Shown here in pieces: positions 40,301 through 54,080 of a DNA stretch of 64,000 nt; the stretch's first letter is position 1, and the number at the start of each line of letters is the position of its first letter. The DNA is from Tubiluchus corallicola. Taxonomy: Eukaryota; Animalia; Priapulida. The stretch is from NCBI GenBank assembly GCA_030141605.1, contig JAQGDQ010000085.1, positions 62,001-126,000 of the forward strand, given 5' to 3'. The notes below the pieces were generated by a model that was given only the letters and a program-made list of their open reading frames with translations, was not told where the DNA came from and did no database searches. The translations under genes and the position numbers were made by a program.

Positions 40301-43300
40301 CGGCAGTCGCAGTTTTTGGGCGGTTGCCTGTGGTATAGTGTAAATAAGTGATATGAGTGCATGGTGAAGTTTGTGCTTAATCTCCAATGAACCAGAAAGA
40401 CAATCAGTAGGCCACAAGCATTTTTGTATGACTAAAACTGATCATCTTGTCCGTGCTTGTGCGTTTCTCAAATTATTGCTGCTCTTCCAACAAGCGAACA
40501 AACTTTTTGCAATATTCGTTGTACCAACTTAAATATAAGGAGCGTAATAAACTGATTAATCGATGTTTGCTGTTATTATAGGCATAACAGATCTGTTGAA
40601 TTGTGACACAGTATTGTACGCTGCTTAATTGTTGTTAATCGAAGATATGTGATTACGCATTTTTGAGCAATGTTGTGCATTGCAGCTATCAATTAACAGT
40701 GTAATAATTGTTTTAGCAAGTTTTTTTTATCAATGGCTAAATAATAGGGATAATTAAGTCCTATATTTGTCCTAAAATTGGACTTAGCCAGTCGCTACTA
40801 TAAGTCAAATTAGTAACAAAAAAAATTTGAAATCTGACAGAACCGCTGCATGTCAGTTTAAATAAAATTACTTGATTTTAATTTTGAAATGTGAAATGAA
40901 CAGTTTTGTTAGAGTTTTATTATGGGGCATTGTTTCCCCAATTTTCGTGTAAATAATTATGAATCTATCAAAGTCTTATATAAATAAAATGTATCGTAGG
41001 TTGAGAATGAATGGGCACGTGAAAGAGAAAATTCAAAAATAATTTTACATTAGTGTGCACATGTGTGTTTTAACATTTACACCAATGCACAATGGCTCTT
41101 ATTAACATATCGAAAGATTTAAAATATTAAACAATTTACTATGCTAATATACCAGTTCGATGATTGTTTCTACGCAGAGATTTTTAGTTATAAGGAAACG
41201 ATTTCGTGTTTTTAAATATTTCGGATTTAACTGCCTACGAAATCTTACGTTCTAACGAATAGATGGAATTAAAGTACTTGTGAAGTTTCCACAGAGAACA
41301 TATAGCTAGCTTGTTCGAAAATGTTTATATTTTTATGATGTATTAATATTTAAAAATGTTATTAAGCATTTCGTATTAAGATGGTTACTGTGAAGTAAGA
41401 TCGTTTTCGTAACTCGAAAAAATTGAGATTTCATAGTTATTCTTGTTTGGGCAGCGACCCCAACACTCATGCTTGTCTAGAGACTTCTCCTATATGCGTT
41501 GTCGATAATGTCATTTTCAATAATATTATCAGGGACTACAGTAAGTCAATAAAATAAACGCAACGCTTAAGACCATTTCCAATAATATTTTGTCCTACAA
41601 AATTTCTGCAAACCTTCGAGTTTTTAACTTGTTTTTCTTCGAGACATCAACTTCTGTAAATCTCCCTAGTGTTATTCTTGTGCACTGAAACGCTTAAGGC
41701 ACATTATACTTGAATGAAATGATGTGTGGAAACAGATCATAATGCATTCGGTTCACGACAATCTAGGGGTCACACCCCTATAGTTATCCGCGAGGATGAT
41801 TGCATACTAAACCATGTTGGCTCTACTGCACACTGATCAATCTTGAACCATGTACATCACAGTCGTCTCAGTGCTCCACAACTGCAATGTCAAATCATAA
41901 TACAATAAAACAGCGTTCGGGCTGATCTATGGTTTTCGCTGATCTATGGTTTGCGCTTGAAAGCACAAAATAGCGTACCACAACTGTTATTATGCTCTGC
42001 GGCGAGTTTCTTGAAAGAAAAAAGTCCAAGAGGTTTTATGGCGCAGACCGGCGCGTTGTAAATGCTTGTGAAATTTCTGAGCGTCCTTTTGTGTGTAGTG
42101 TGACTACTACTACTTTATAGCGGCATGGTCTTACCATGTACACACTGTCTTGGCAAAATCACAATTTCTTAATTGTGTTTGTAAAGCGAAACGCCCGATA
42201 CTGAAGTGTATTTCACAATAAACATTGCACAGACTACAGTAGCTCTTGCTTTCCGCAAACTGCTATAATCATACACGTATAATTTGCATAAATTTAACGA
42301 AAAGCAAAAGATTTTAATTTGAAGGCACAAAATGTCCAAAAACACACTGTTTGAGTTCCCCTTTTATTTCGTATTACAAAATTTTGATATTTTCAACTTA
42401 ACACATCTGGGCTAGAACGGATTTGAACCTAGGCTTAAATATAAAAGGCAAGATTTTCTTGTATAGTTATGTAATTATCCGTATTCATAATTTTTTGTTT
42501 TTGTGAGTAGCATTTTGATAATAATAAATAAATAAAAAATTATTATTGTTGTTAGCAATTATCACAGCAAGACCTATAATTATAATATTAATTCACTGCA
42601 TGTATAAACGTGGCAGAAAATTTTTAACTTGCAAACATTTCAAATATCGTTTGGAAATTGAAACTGAAAAGCACGAAAACGATAACATTATTTGATCAAT
42701 TCTAGGCGGCCAAACGAGAATTCTCTATGAAGATTAGAATCGAAGGCTCTGCCAGTCTTCACGTTATCCGACTGTCAAAAGTGACACTTCTATCTGCAGC
42801 TACAAGAGCCCTGTGCAGGCAATAAGTCGTAGAGAAAGAGTCAGGTTTTGTCTCCCAGAGAATCAACGGAATAATTTACACTGTACAGTCACTGCAGTGC
42901 TGTGTAGACCTATCTTCAAAAAAGACTTACTACTCATAAATGACGTTGCGGTAACCGTTTTTTTACGTAGTAATATTTTGTTTTTAATAAGTCACAAACA
43001 GTTTTTAACAACTAAATTTTCATTTGTAGTTTTCTTGTGTATCTATTACATACTCCAGTGGATTAGATTAGATCGGAATTAGATTAGATTAGATTTTAAT
43101 ATTTTTTTTATTTCCATTTATATACTGTGTTACGCTACGCGCATTTTACTATAATTACACTAAAACGGGATGGGTTGTGTTTTACCTTAAAACGTTACAA
43201 TATCTTCACTTCATCGTGAACTATAAACATTGCCTTCGTATTAATAGGATACAAAAGCTCGATTGCGGCCCCGAAGGGAGTTTCACTGATGAAAAATGAT

Positions 43301-43744
43301 TACGGTCTTTAATGATTACGTTTAGGCATTGTTTCCAAATGCATGCTTTAGTGCATCGCTACCTAAGTTTCATTGTATAAACGTTAGTTGACGAATATAA
43401 TGTGAGCTATTATTATTATCTTTTTTGGTAACTTGTTAGTTAACTTGTTTAGAAAAATTATTGAATAAGTCGAAATAAAGGAGTTACTCTAACTCGATCT
43501 TCATACGTGCTAGACCATTCGTTTAGTGCTACTGGTTTAAGTAGAATGAATAAAAATCAACTAAGCTCAGCTGTCCATGTAATTACATCTAGAGCTTTAT
43601 CAACTCAGTGAAGGTGAGTGGAAGCAAACATTAGCAGATGCAACGTGATTATGCATACGCGTGCAATGCAAATTTCACCGTGTCCTCCTCCTATACAGCA
43701 GGCGACAGATTTCACAGGATAAGTGTGCGCTGGATGATTGGGAG

Positions 43745-44410
43745 AACAGGAGAAAGAGAAGGAGATAGAGAGAGAGAGGGGAAGAGAGAAAGAGAGAGAC
43801 CAACGGACAGACAGAGACATAAAGGGAGAGAAAGATTTGACTTAATTTACTTTGGTTTTTTAATCCAGTCAATGTTCGTGGCAGAAATATTTACAACAAT
43901 ACAATTATAATACCAAAATTAAAACAAATAAACAAATTTGCAAAGTTAGAAAATAACATTCGCGAAGATTACAAAAATAATAATCATAATATTAATAAAA
44001 AGAAAGAGGGAGAGAGACAAAGAGAAAGAGAAAGAGAGAGGGGGAGAGACAGAAGGAGAGAAAAGAAAGAGAGAGAGAGTGAGCGAGAGAGAGAGAGCGT
44101 GTGTGTGTGTGTGTGCGTGCGTGTGTGTGTGTCAGAGAGAGAGAGAGAGACAGACAGACAGGAGCGAAAGAGACCAACACACAGACAGAGACATAAAGTG
44201 AGAGAAAAGATTTAACTTAATTTAATTCAGTCTTTTATTCTAAAGAAACACAAATGTTTACTACAATACAATCATAACACCAAAATTAACACTTACAATT
44301 AAACATAAATTTGCAAGCTAGAATATTACAAACGCAAATATTACAAAAATAATAATATTGATAAAGAGAAAGAGGGAGAGAGCGAGAAAGACGAATACAG
44401 AGGTGACAGA
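43745..44410. repeat. AG/GT-rich simple repeats interleaved with a two-copy ~220-bp direct repeat
   Basis: acagacagagacataaag.gagaga..agattt.acttaattta...caatacaat.ataa.accaaaattaa...aaatttgcaa...ttacaaaaataataat...agaaagaggg at about 43806-44030 and 44179-44390. Confidence 0.85.
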
Positions 44411-45294
44411 GAAGAGAGTGTGTGAGAGAAAGAAGCGGCAGAATCTCTGAGCTCAGCTACTGTGTGTAAATGGAAGTGTGTGTCTCTTGATATCATCGGT
44501 AACATCTGCATTAAGTGATGTTATGTCAAGGGACAAAACGTCTTCATAATGCAGAATCATATATATGAACGGTAAGCATATTTAGAAATAGATGCACATG
44601 CTCAAATGACTAATGCACTAAACTTGAGACATATACTCCATATTAAAATAACACATTGTTCTTGTTTATGTAGATATATTAAATAATTGTTTAGGATTAT
44701 AATATCAAATAATATTTTAATTAATAATTTATATTTTTGTTACTCGGTAATATTAATATATTCTCTTCAGATATCCGTTTTTATTTAAATGTGATTTCAC
44801 TCACTAAAAGCGTTTTTATATCACACAGGCGCAAATATAAATACTGGAAGCGTTCATTATTTCTTGCTTTGCTTTTTCTGATTACCGTTTCATTTTTGTT
44901 TATCCTCAGTTTGTAAAAACTAAAGACAAACTAAAGACATACCCTAAAATTACCTACTTTACTTACTTCCTTTACAGTATATAATTATATATCTACACAA
45001 ATTTACACGAAACGTACTCTCTATACTGTCTGCAGTTCATATGTTTCATGAATAGCTGAATTTCTGAATTTGTTTTTTAATTGTTGTACGTTAAGAGCCT
45101 GTATTGAATATCTATGAACATAAATAGAAAATCAATAAGATGATCAATAGCTTACAGTGTTTATGTAGGTCTAAATGTGCCTCGGGCAATACTGTAGTCC
45201 TTTTATAATTAATTTGATTTTATACAGTGGAAGTATTGGCCCTTGGCTATTATATCACGAAGTGCTATGACAATGGGTGTCATAGAAGTAGCCA

Positions 45295-45790
45295 GATATG
45301 ATGATGACAACGACAATGATGATGCTGCTGTTTCTGATGATGATGACAATGCTGCTGGTGGTAGTGGTGGTGGTGGTGACGCGACGATGTTAATGGTTAT
45401 TGTACATATATGGTACTGGTGGTGACGAGGTAGTACTAGTGGTGATAGTGGTGACGGTAGTAATGACGGGAGCGACAATATTATTTGTGGTGACAATAAT
45501 GGCAGCGGGGGGAGGGGGGTAGTGGTAAATGTCGTGAGGTGTGCTGTTGGTTAGTTTTCATTTTATGTAAGATGACAATCACAAAAATACTGACGATGAT
45601 GATGGTGATGACGCCGACGACGACAACGATGATGATGACAATTTAGCAGCGCTGTGAGGATGAACAATGATGATGCTGACAATGAAAGTTACGATGAAAG
45701 TGATGAAACGTTTGCCTCTGATTCTGCTGTACTGATGACAGCAGAAGCTAATGGCGATGACGCAGATAATAACGATGCAGTTTTGACGAT
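45295..45790. repeat. Degenerate (GAT/GAC/GGT)n low-complexity region
   Basis: Cryptic trinucleotide simplicity with no sustained reading frame. Confidence 0.8.
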
Positions 45791-47149
45791 AATTATGTAA
45801 CTTGCATTACGTTCATTTCTAGCTTTTGTAGAACAATCAACGTCACACTCAGGAACCCCCTATGAGTAAGAGCACAAGTCCGCCCAGTGACTAGCGTTTA
45901 ATCTGATCGCCCATCTCATCTGATTGCCCTGTTTATTGAGTGATTTTTAGAAAAGACAAACTCGGCTAGTCAGTTTCAATTAGCCTGCCTCTGTTTACTT
46001 TTCAGCTTGTTACTGCGCTTAATCTTGATTGTATTAGCTAATAATATGATTATTGGCGAACTAGGTGCACTATATATGTGGCTTGATTATAACATTAATA
46101 TCTCGCTTTGATGTGTTATGGCGCTTTTATGGCCTTTTCAGTGTTCAGTGTCAACAATAATGCGCTCAGTGCTACTGAAATTTACTAAGTGACTGTCTGT
46201 TTGTAAGCTGTCAGTTTTCACCACTTAAAAATGCGGTCAAATATTATCCAATAATGGCTATAATGTAGATGTAGAATTTTTATGAAGAAACGCGGCATAA
46301 TATCAAGGTAAATAATTCCATAATTAGCATAGAAATTTTGCTTTTATTTTGACTATGCTGCCAATTGACACTGTTCTGCTGCTTGTGTCTTGTTTAACAC
46401 TGATTAACACCGGCTTTAAAGGCAAATGAAAATTTTGCTACTACAATTCCTATTACAACATGTTTTAATTTATACTGCAAAAAATAATGCAATGAATTCA
46501 GTTTGGTCCATCTGTTTGATACATCAAACGGCATAATTTCAATTTAATTAAATCCACCGTGCCCAACCACCGAGTACGATTACATTAGCAATAATAGTTT
46601 TTGTGTTATACTTTGCTTACACATCTTGCTCTATAACCAATTGTTCCATACTTGTAATTTTAATTTTTAACAATTAAACCAAAAAATCATTTTTTTCTGA
46701 CCACAAAAATTTTAAACAATCTTTAGTATTAGCGACTGATTAAAATTATTCCTGTACTCTCTGTTGACTGAAGTGAATCATATGTAATAATCCCAATTTC
46801 GCGCATCTGCAACGAATTCTTTTCAAAGTTCGATTAATTAGTCCTTTTAGATTCTTCTCATACGCCACACTGCGTTTTAACTTTTCAGTCAGTATAAATA
46901 GACGTTAAGGTGAGCTTATAATGCCTATGTGTTCTTTACAATCCTATTTAGTTAAGCTTGTTTCACACTAAATAATTTCACAATCTGTAGCTACTACATT
47001 CTACAAAGCTCTTGTTCCCCTTGATAACTTTATCACTTTTAAATAATGCCAGTGTATATGCACGACTCGCTTAATTAAATTCACCCGGTTATATAAATAT
47101 TTATTTACATATTCCGATATTTCAACCCTCTTATTTATTTAATTTAACG

Positions 47150-47950
47150 GTTAATTTAATTATTTTCCTTGCTCTCTCTTAAATTAGCATTTGATGAAAA
47201 TCGCTTCTGAGGGGTTCATTCGCAAATAAAGCCACGCCAGTCGGCTATAAGATTACTCGACTTGTTTTTGCACCTGCTTATACCTAACATGGTTATGACA
47301 TTATGGTTACTGTAGACTGCCTCTATTTGCCTGATTCTTCTTCTGTTTTGGCACGGAATAGCTTTAATACAGTATCGCTGCAATAATTATCAGGTCATTC
47401 AGTTTTATGGTGAGCCTATAATTACACTATACTCATACAGTTAGGTATGTGCTTGCATGCTGAGAATGGGCAATTGGAGATAAATTTCATTAAGAATGCG
47501 CTAACGTTATCATCGACGACTTTTATACAGCTTGACGGTTCGACATTGCAGCCTTGATGTTTGAGTAGCTGCTTAAAACTGCTTTTATTGCTATTTAAGT
47601 TGAAAAAAACAGTTAATGTTTTTGGGTCAAAATTAGAAAAAATTGACTGATTGTTAATCAATAAATCGTCTTATTGATTGCCGTTTCATCATTGTATTAT
47701 TTATGTTTTTATTCTTACTATATTGTTCTTTTTAATTTTTAAGCACTACTACATCGTACGCACATACTTTAATTATATATTATACATTACAATTAATGAT
47801 AATATGACTATTATATTGCTATATAATAGTTATTATATAACAATTGCTATATTGATTTATATGTATAATTTTTGATTGTTGATTATGATTTGCATTGTAC
47901 TGTAACATGGATTTTGTTCTGAAATAAAAGTATTCATACAGTCAATCAAT
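47150..47950 (+). mobile_element. Possible ancient LINE 3' end
   Basis: An FDEN...H..NKA-like stretch near 47190, then an AT-rich tail ending ctgaaataaaagtattcatacagtcaatcaat, a typical LINE-like terminus. Very degenerate. Confidence 0.3.
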
Positions 47951-48577
47951 ATTAGTATGGTTATTAATAAACTATAATTAATTTACACAACTATTATTAT
48001 TATAACTAGTGCTATTATCATATCATTATTACTATTGTTACTATAATGATTATTTTTGGTGTTTATTGAAAAAGAAATACAATAAATAACTTACACTTAT
48101 ACACAACTGTGTAAAATAGTTTTGACATATACTACACTCGCTACTGATAAAATAACACACACTTTAACCGACATTACTGATACATTTTGACGATTTATTT
48201 TTGCCGGAATTTAAATTTGCTTGGTTGCTTGGCAATATATTGAACGTCTTCGTGCGTCATCATAAATGCTTGAGCCCTCGGAAGTAAGAGCTCAGATAAA
48301 ATTATTATAATTTTTGCAAAAAGCACCAACTCGACGCTAGAAATGGCAAGAATGAAAGAAGGGCGGCAATCGGGCAGCAATATTATTAAAATAAAAAAAT
48401 ACTTTATTGTAAAATATAAAATGTCTGAATTTGAAACACCAAATAAGATTTAAATATTTTCTTTTACACAGTGAGATAATAATTTTTCCCTTTAGAGCAA
48501 GAAACAACATAGTTAAATTTTAATGATAGCGTAAAACCACATCTAATTTAATTTTGAAATGAAACTTTGAAAAAGGT

Positions 48578-48645
48578 TGAGAAACACAGCCAGTATTTGA
48601 ACCCGCGATCTTCTTTTTATAAGGCAGACGCTATAGACGCTTTAT
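48578..48645 (-). mobile_element. Degenerate tRNA-derived SINE head
   Basis: Minus strand reads agcgtctatagcgtctgccttataaaaagaagatcgcgGGTTCAAATActggc: B-box-like motif with tRNA-like spacing but no intact cloverleaf. Confidence 0.4.
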
Positions 48646-51499
48646 GTTGAGATTATAAATGAAGCATTTTATTATAAATTTAGCTAGTAATAATTAAACG
48701 TGTGATGCACTTTAGCCAACAAATTTCCAACAAACATAATACGATTAAAACCATATTTAGTTTTGCCATATATTTCTAATTTGTTGTGTTCCTGCTTATA
48801 CTAATAAATTGACATCAACATAAACTAAAATCAGCAACCAGATTAATAAGGAATTCTTAACCAACAGTTTATGGTTCTTTTATATGCTGACGTGCTTATA
48901 TTTTTTTCTTTAATAATGCAGTAAAATTATCAAATTTTTAGCAACCAATTATTACAATTTTGCACATACAACGAAAGACCAAGTTGCGTTGTACGTCAAA
49001 CCTGGTGACGCAATGCTCACGAACATTAAGAAACGTATCTCCAGTATTGCGTGTTCAGCAAGCATTTTTAAGCTGGCATGCAACAAGTAGCTTATATACG
49101 ATCTACTAATCTGCAATGAAACAAAATATTTTCCCTGCTATTAAATCACCTTCCCACCCTTAATCCCAAACCACTTGTCTCGGGGTATAAAATTACACGA
49201 ACCCCTATTCTGCAGGCGGCGCATCATGGCAATTAATTTTGCAGTAAACACAGGTTAGGATGCCCGCGGCAGGAGTACTGGTGAAACTGATGACTGGGAT
49301 ATTACCATACATAATCAGAGATTTACCATCAATCTCTGTTTTAATATCACATAGCGATAATTTACCCATAATAGAATATTATTCGCTTCAGTTCAATTAA
49401 TTAAGGCGCCTGAAATAAAGGTTTTTATTCGCCCGGTGTATTTTTAATTTATTTTCGCAGATTGTTTGATTTCGTCGGGCTTTTGTTAATTAATTAACTC
49501 TAAGTGAATTTTCTAAACGTCCCGTTGAGGCGTTAATAAGGCAAATACAGCAGAATTTATTCTTTAAATAAATCGAATAAGAAAATGACAAAAATTGTAA
49601 ATCTGCTGCTTTCAGAAATGATAAAATGGATGAATAAAAAAGTACAAACTACGTTTAACCGAAAACAATGGAAGCCCAAAATGTTGTACGTATAAATTTT
49701 GTATGACTAGATATTATTTCCTGTAAACTATTTTACTATTTCCTATTTAATATTAAAATTATTTGGTACTTCATTTCAAGTTTTGATTACAAAATTATAA
49801 TGCTATAATGCTATTAAAATTAACTGCCATATTATCTACATTTTTTGCTTAAAATTTATTTCTGCCTAGAATGCTGAACCTTTGGTAACAGTTAAAAATA
49901 GTGAACATATTCTGAAATGTTTTGATACAATAATCAAATAATGTTAAACTGAATGTGGAATAAAATTATTAAAGAAACGACTTATTCCACATACAGTGAC
50001 CAGGTGTAGGCCATCATACTGGCGTGGACCCTGGGCTCGTAACGGTTAGCGTGATTTTAGTGCCTCAAGCTACTAACATTTACTGCATGCGTATATTACA
50101 AGCTACGCGCGAAAAATATAGACTCAATTTTAAAACCTGTTGAAATTACTCATATTCACTACTGGGCTATTTTTTTAGCAGATTTTCATTATTTCTTTAT
50201 GCAGTCTCGTGATAACTGTGCGACAAGCCGCAAGTATTAATAAATTTTTACATAAGTACGATTATATATCTATAATTTCATGATAATTTTTGCGTATATT
50301 GATGGCAAGAGTCGTGAAAAATTAACTGATGACAGCAGAAGAATTAATATTAATTTAGCCATCTCACAACGCGAAAATGCATGGTGAAAGCGTTAAATCA
50401 ATTTTAGATGCGGGTAAATATGTAATTAACAATCATGCTAATTTCACCTGTTTGAAAGCTGCAGCAGGTATAGGTGCAGCATGAAAATCTACAGTCTATC
50501 TTGATAAAGCAATTATACCGTCTAAACTGTGGCTGAGCGAAGCTAATAATTAACGGAGAAATTAGAGCAATTTCAGCCGACAGAGACTGTTGCTTGCGTC
50601 TGTAGAATCGGTTTAAAAATCGAACTATACCCGCGCCTTGAGGGATGTATCAATAATTAAAGCGTGTTTTGATGTCGTAAATATATTACAAAACGCTGGA
50701 ACTAATTGCTGGTTTTCGCTGGAAGAATTCGTGCCCCTGTCACTGTCCTATATTTCCCCGATGATATTGCCCTAGGCGATGGAGTGTTGCACGTCTTTAG
50801 TGCTACCAACCCATAAAGCGGAAGGTATGAGAGTAGCGCATATACAGTAGAAACTTGCTTAAAAACTAGGTTGTATCTCTGCATTCGCCTAATAGCCTGT
50901 AATAAGCAAAGATGAGCCTTGCGCTAAATTTCAATCTCTGCGCTCATTAAGGTTAAGAGGCTATGCGTAAACGGTTTAGTCGAGACGAGATTAGTCCATC
51001 GCTAAAGAGTCTTACGAGAAAAAATGTTGCGTAACAATTACATAATAATATATATCAATAAAGAATCATTGCAGCTTGTATCATTCTAATAACGTCAGCT
51101 GAATTAAACATAATAATAATAAAAAATAGTTATGTAAAATGAAATTTTGCTTTCGGAATTTTTAAATAAAATTAATATGAAAAGTGGGATCATATTAATC
51201 TAGATGGTAAAATTGAATACATATAGAAAAATATTTAAACTTTGAAATTGAGACTTGTATTTATGATATATGGCCACACATTTTTTTAGTTATAATTGCA
51301 ATTATGCTTAAATATCACTATTGGTTTTACTGCATGCACGAAAATATTAACCAGGGTGTTTTATTAAATATGAGAATCTTAAAAATATTTATTATGTATA
51401 TTTAAAACTACTATGAAAGAACCCATTCATTTTCAATTTTTTGCAATTTTGAATGATAGGTAATGATGAAAACTTTATGCTATTGTTGATATTATTTTC

Positions 51500-51662
51500 A
51501 TTATTACTACTATTATAATTATTATTAATATTATCTTTATTATATTATTATTTTAATTATATAATATTATTTTTATTATTATATTTATTATTATTATTAT
51601 TGTTGATATTACTACATATTACAATCACTATCACCATCACCACCACCACCATCATCATCATT
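51500..51662. repeat. (ATT)n then (CAC/CAT)n low-complexity repeat
   Basis: Visible directly. Confidence 0.85.
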
Positions 51663-51899
51663 GCCTTTATTAAAAATATATTTTTATTTATAGGGCTAAG
51701 CATAAAAATTTTCAACCTGAGAGCCAGCACGTTTTTTAGTAAGTGAAATGAAAATAATTGGTTTTGATATGTTAATCATGAGCGTGCGGAAGGTCCACCG
51801 TTCGAATAATTCAACGGCTAAATGCAGTGAATCAACGGCCAGCATCACTTAATATAAATAAAATTCTATAATTTTCGATAATAGAACAGGAAAATTATA

Positions 51900-52839
51900 A
51901 TACATTAACACATGTGTAATTAATTTAATTTATTCGTACTTCATTTATGCGTTTAAACAAAAAATACGTTAAACTTGGAACATATAACGTGATTTTTTTC
52001 TAATTTACATTATTTAGACCGAAATCGAAATGTCACACTTATATTATTGTAAACACTAATAATGATAGGAAAATAATTTTCCTGGAGAGATCCTGAAAAT
52101 TTCAAACATGTTGTGTAAAACACACTGACACTATAAATTATTATTATGGTAATTTTACGACTGCCTCAGTACTGGCAGTGATATGACTCGTATATAATTT
52201 ATTTATATATAATATATAGAACAAAAAATACGGGCAATACGGGTAAACTTCACACGCGCGCTCAGTACGATATAATAATTATTTTTGACTATTTTTACAG
52301 CTCGCAAAAATTAATCTCAAGCTCTTCATCTACAATACTGTCTGGAAACTAAACTTGGAATGATTAAATATGCAAAAATTTACAAGGATTTAATTACAAA
52401 ACAACTGGAAACTTACTTATCTTTACGTGTACGTTTATGGATTGTTAAGAGACAGCAATTCTATTGTCCTATAGTTCTGTATTACTCACATATGATCTAA
52501 TCAATGTTAATATAGTTGTCATTGAACTGACCTCGCCCATGTAGACTTCTTCGTTGGTCATTTAAGTGTTTCTGAGTACCGTCTCTTTGTTGACTCTTAT
52601 CAGAAGAAAGGAATATGGTAGCTCTTGGTTTTCTCCGCTGCTTGGTCATTTTCCTCACATATACAATAAAGCATATACCACAATCACAAAAGTACCAAAT
52701 CACACTCTATGTACACAGTTAACAAACCACACTTACAGTCACAAGATAAATCACACCACATCGAGTGAGGAGTTACTCGCTGATGAATCATGAATACTGT
52801 TCAAAGATAATTTCGGCAAATATGAAATACAGCCGGTAT
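51900..52839 (-). other. Putative SoxB1 3' UTR with candidate poly(A) signals
   Basis: Directly follows the stop codon. AATAAA on the minus strand at 52203-52198 and 51934-51929, the distal one followed by a U/GU-rich stretch. Contains miRNA seed matches and a Pumilio element (see findings). The 3' end is inferred. Confidence 0.55.
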
Positions 52840-53901
<1,062 letters not shown>

Positions 53902-53994
53902 TTATACTAGAGGTAGAAATCACACATATATAGTACAATAAATACGAGAGACTGTTAAACACAACTATTCTTCTTGGTTTCCTACCTTAGCTAT

Positions 53995-54080
53995 ACTTCA
54001 CCGTCCATGCCTGTGTTTATTGATGAAATGCTAGACTAACGACCAATCAGAAACGCGCGATTTGACAGCTGTGATGGACA
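53995..54080 (-). promoter_or_regulatory. Putative SoxB1 proximal promoter with inverted CCAAT (NF-Y) box and TALE-type TGACAG site
   Basis: GACCAATCAG at 54041-54050 (CTGATTGGTC on the gene strand), about 140 bp upstream of the first ATG. TGACAGCTGTGA at 54063-54074. Locally CpG-rich (CGCGCG). Confidence 0.65.

Noticed and set aside
45209-45790. Asp/Gly-rich ORF resembling an acidic biomineral protein
   Set aside because: Short, no signal peptide, frequent stops; cryptic trinucleotide repeat.
46400-47050. Minus-strand LINE relic (VWNN-, AVW-like fragments)
   Set aside because: Too degenerate to distinguish from chance by eye.
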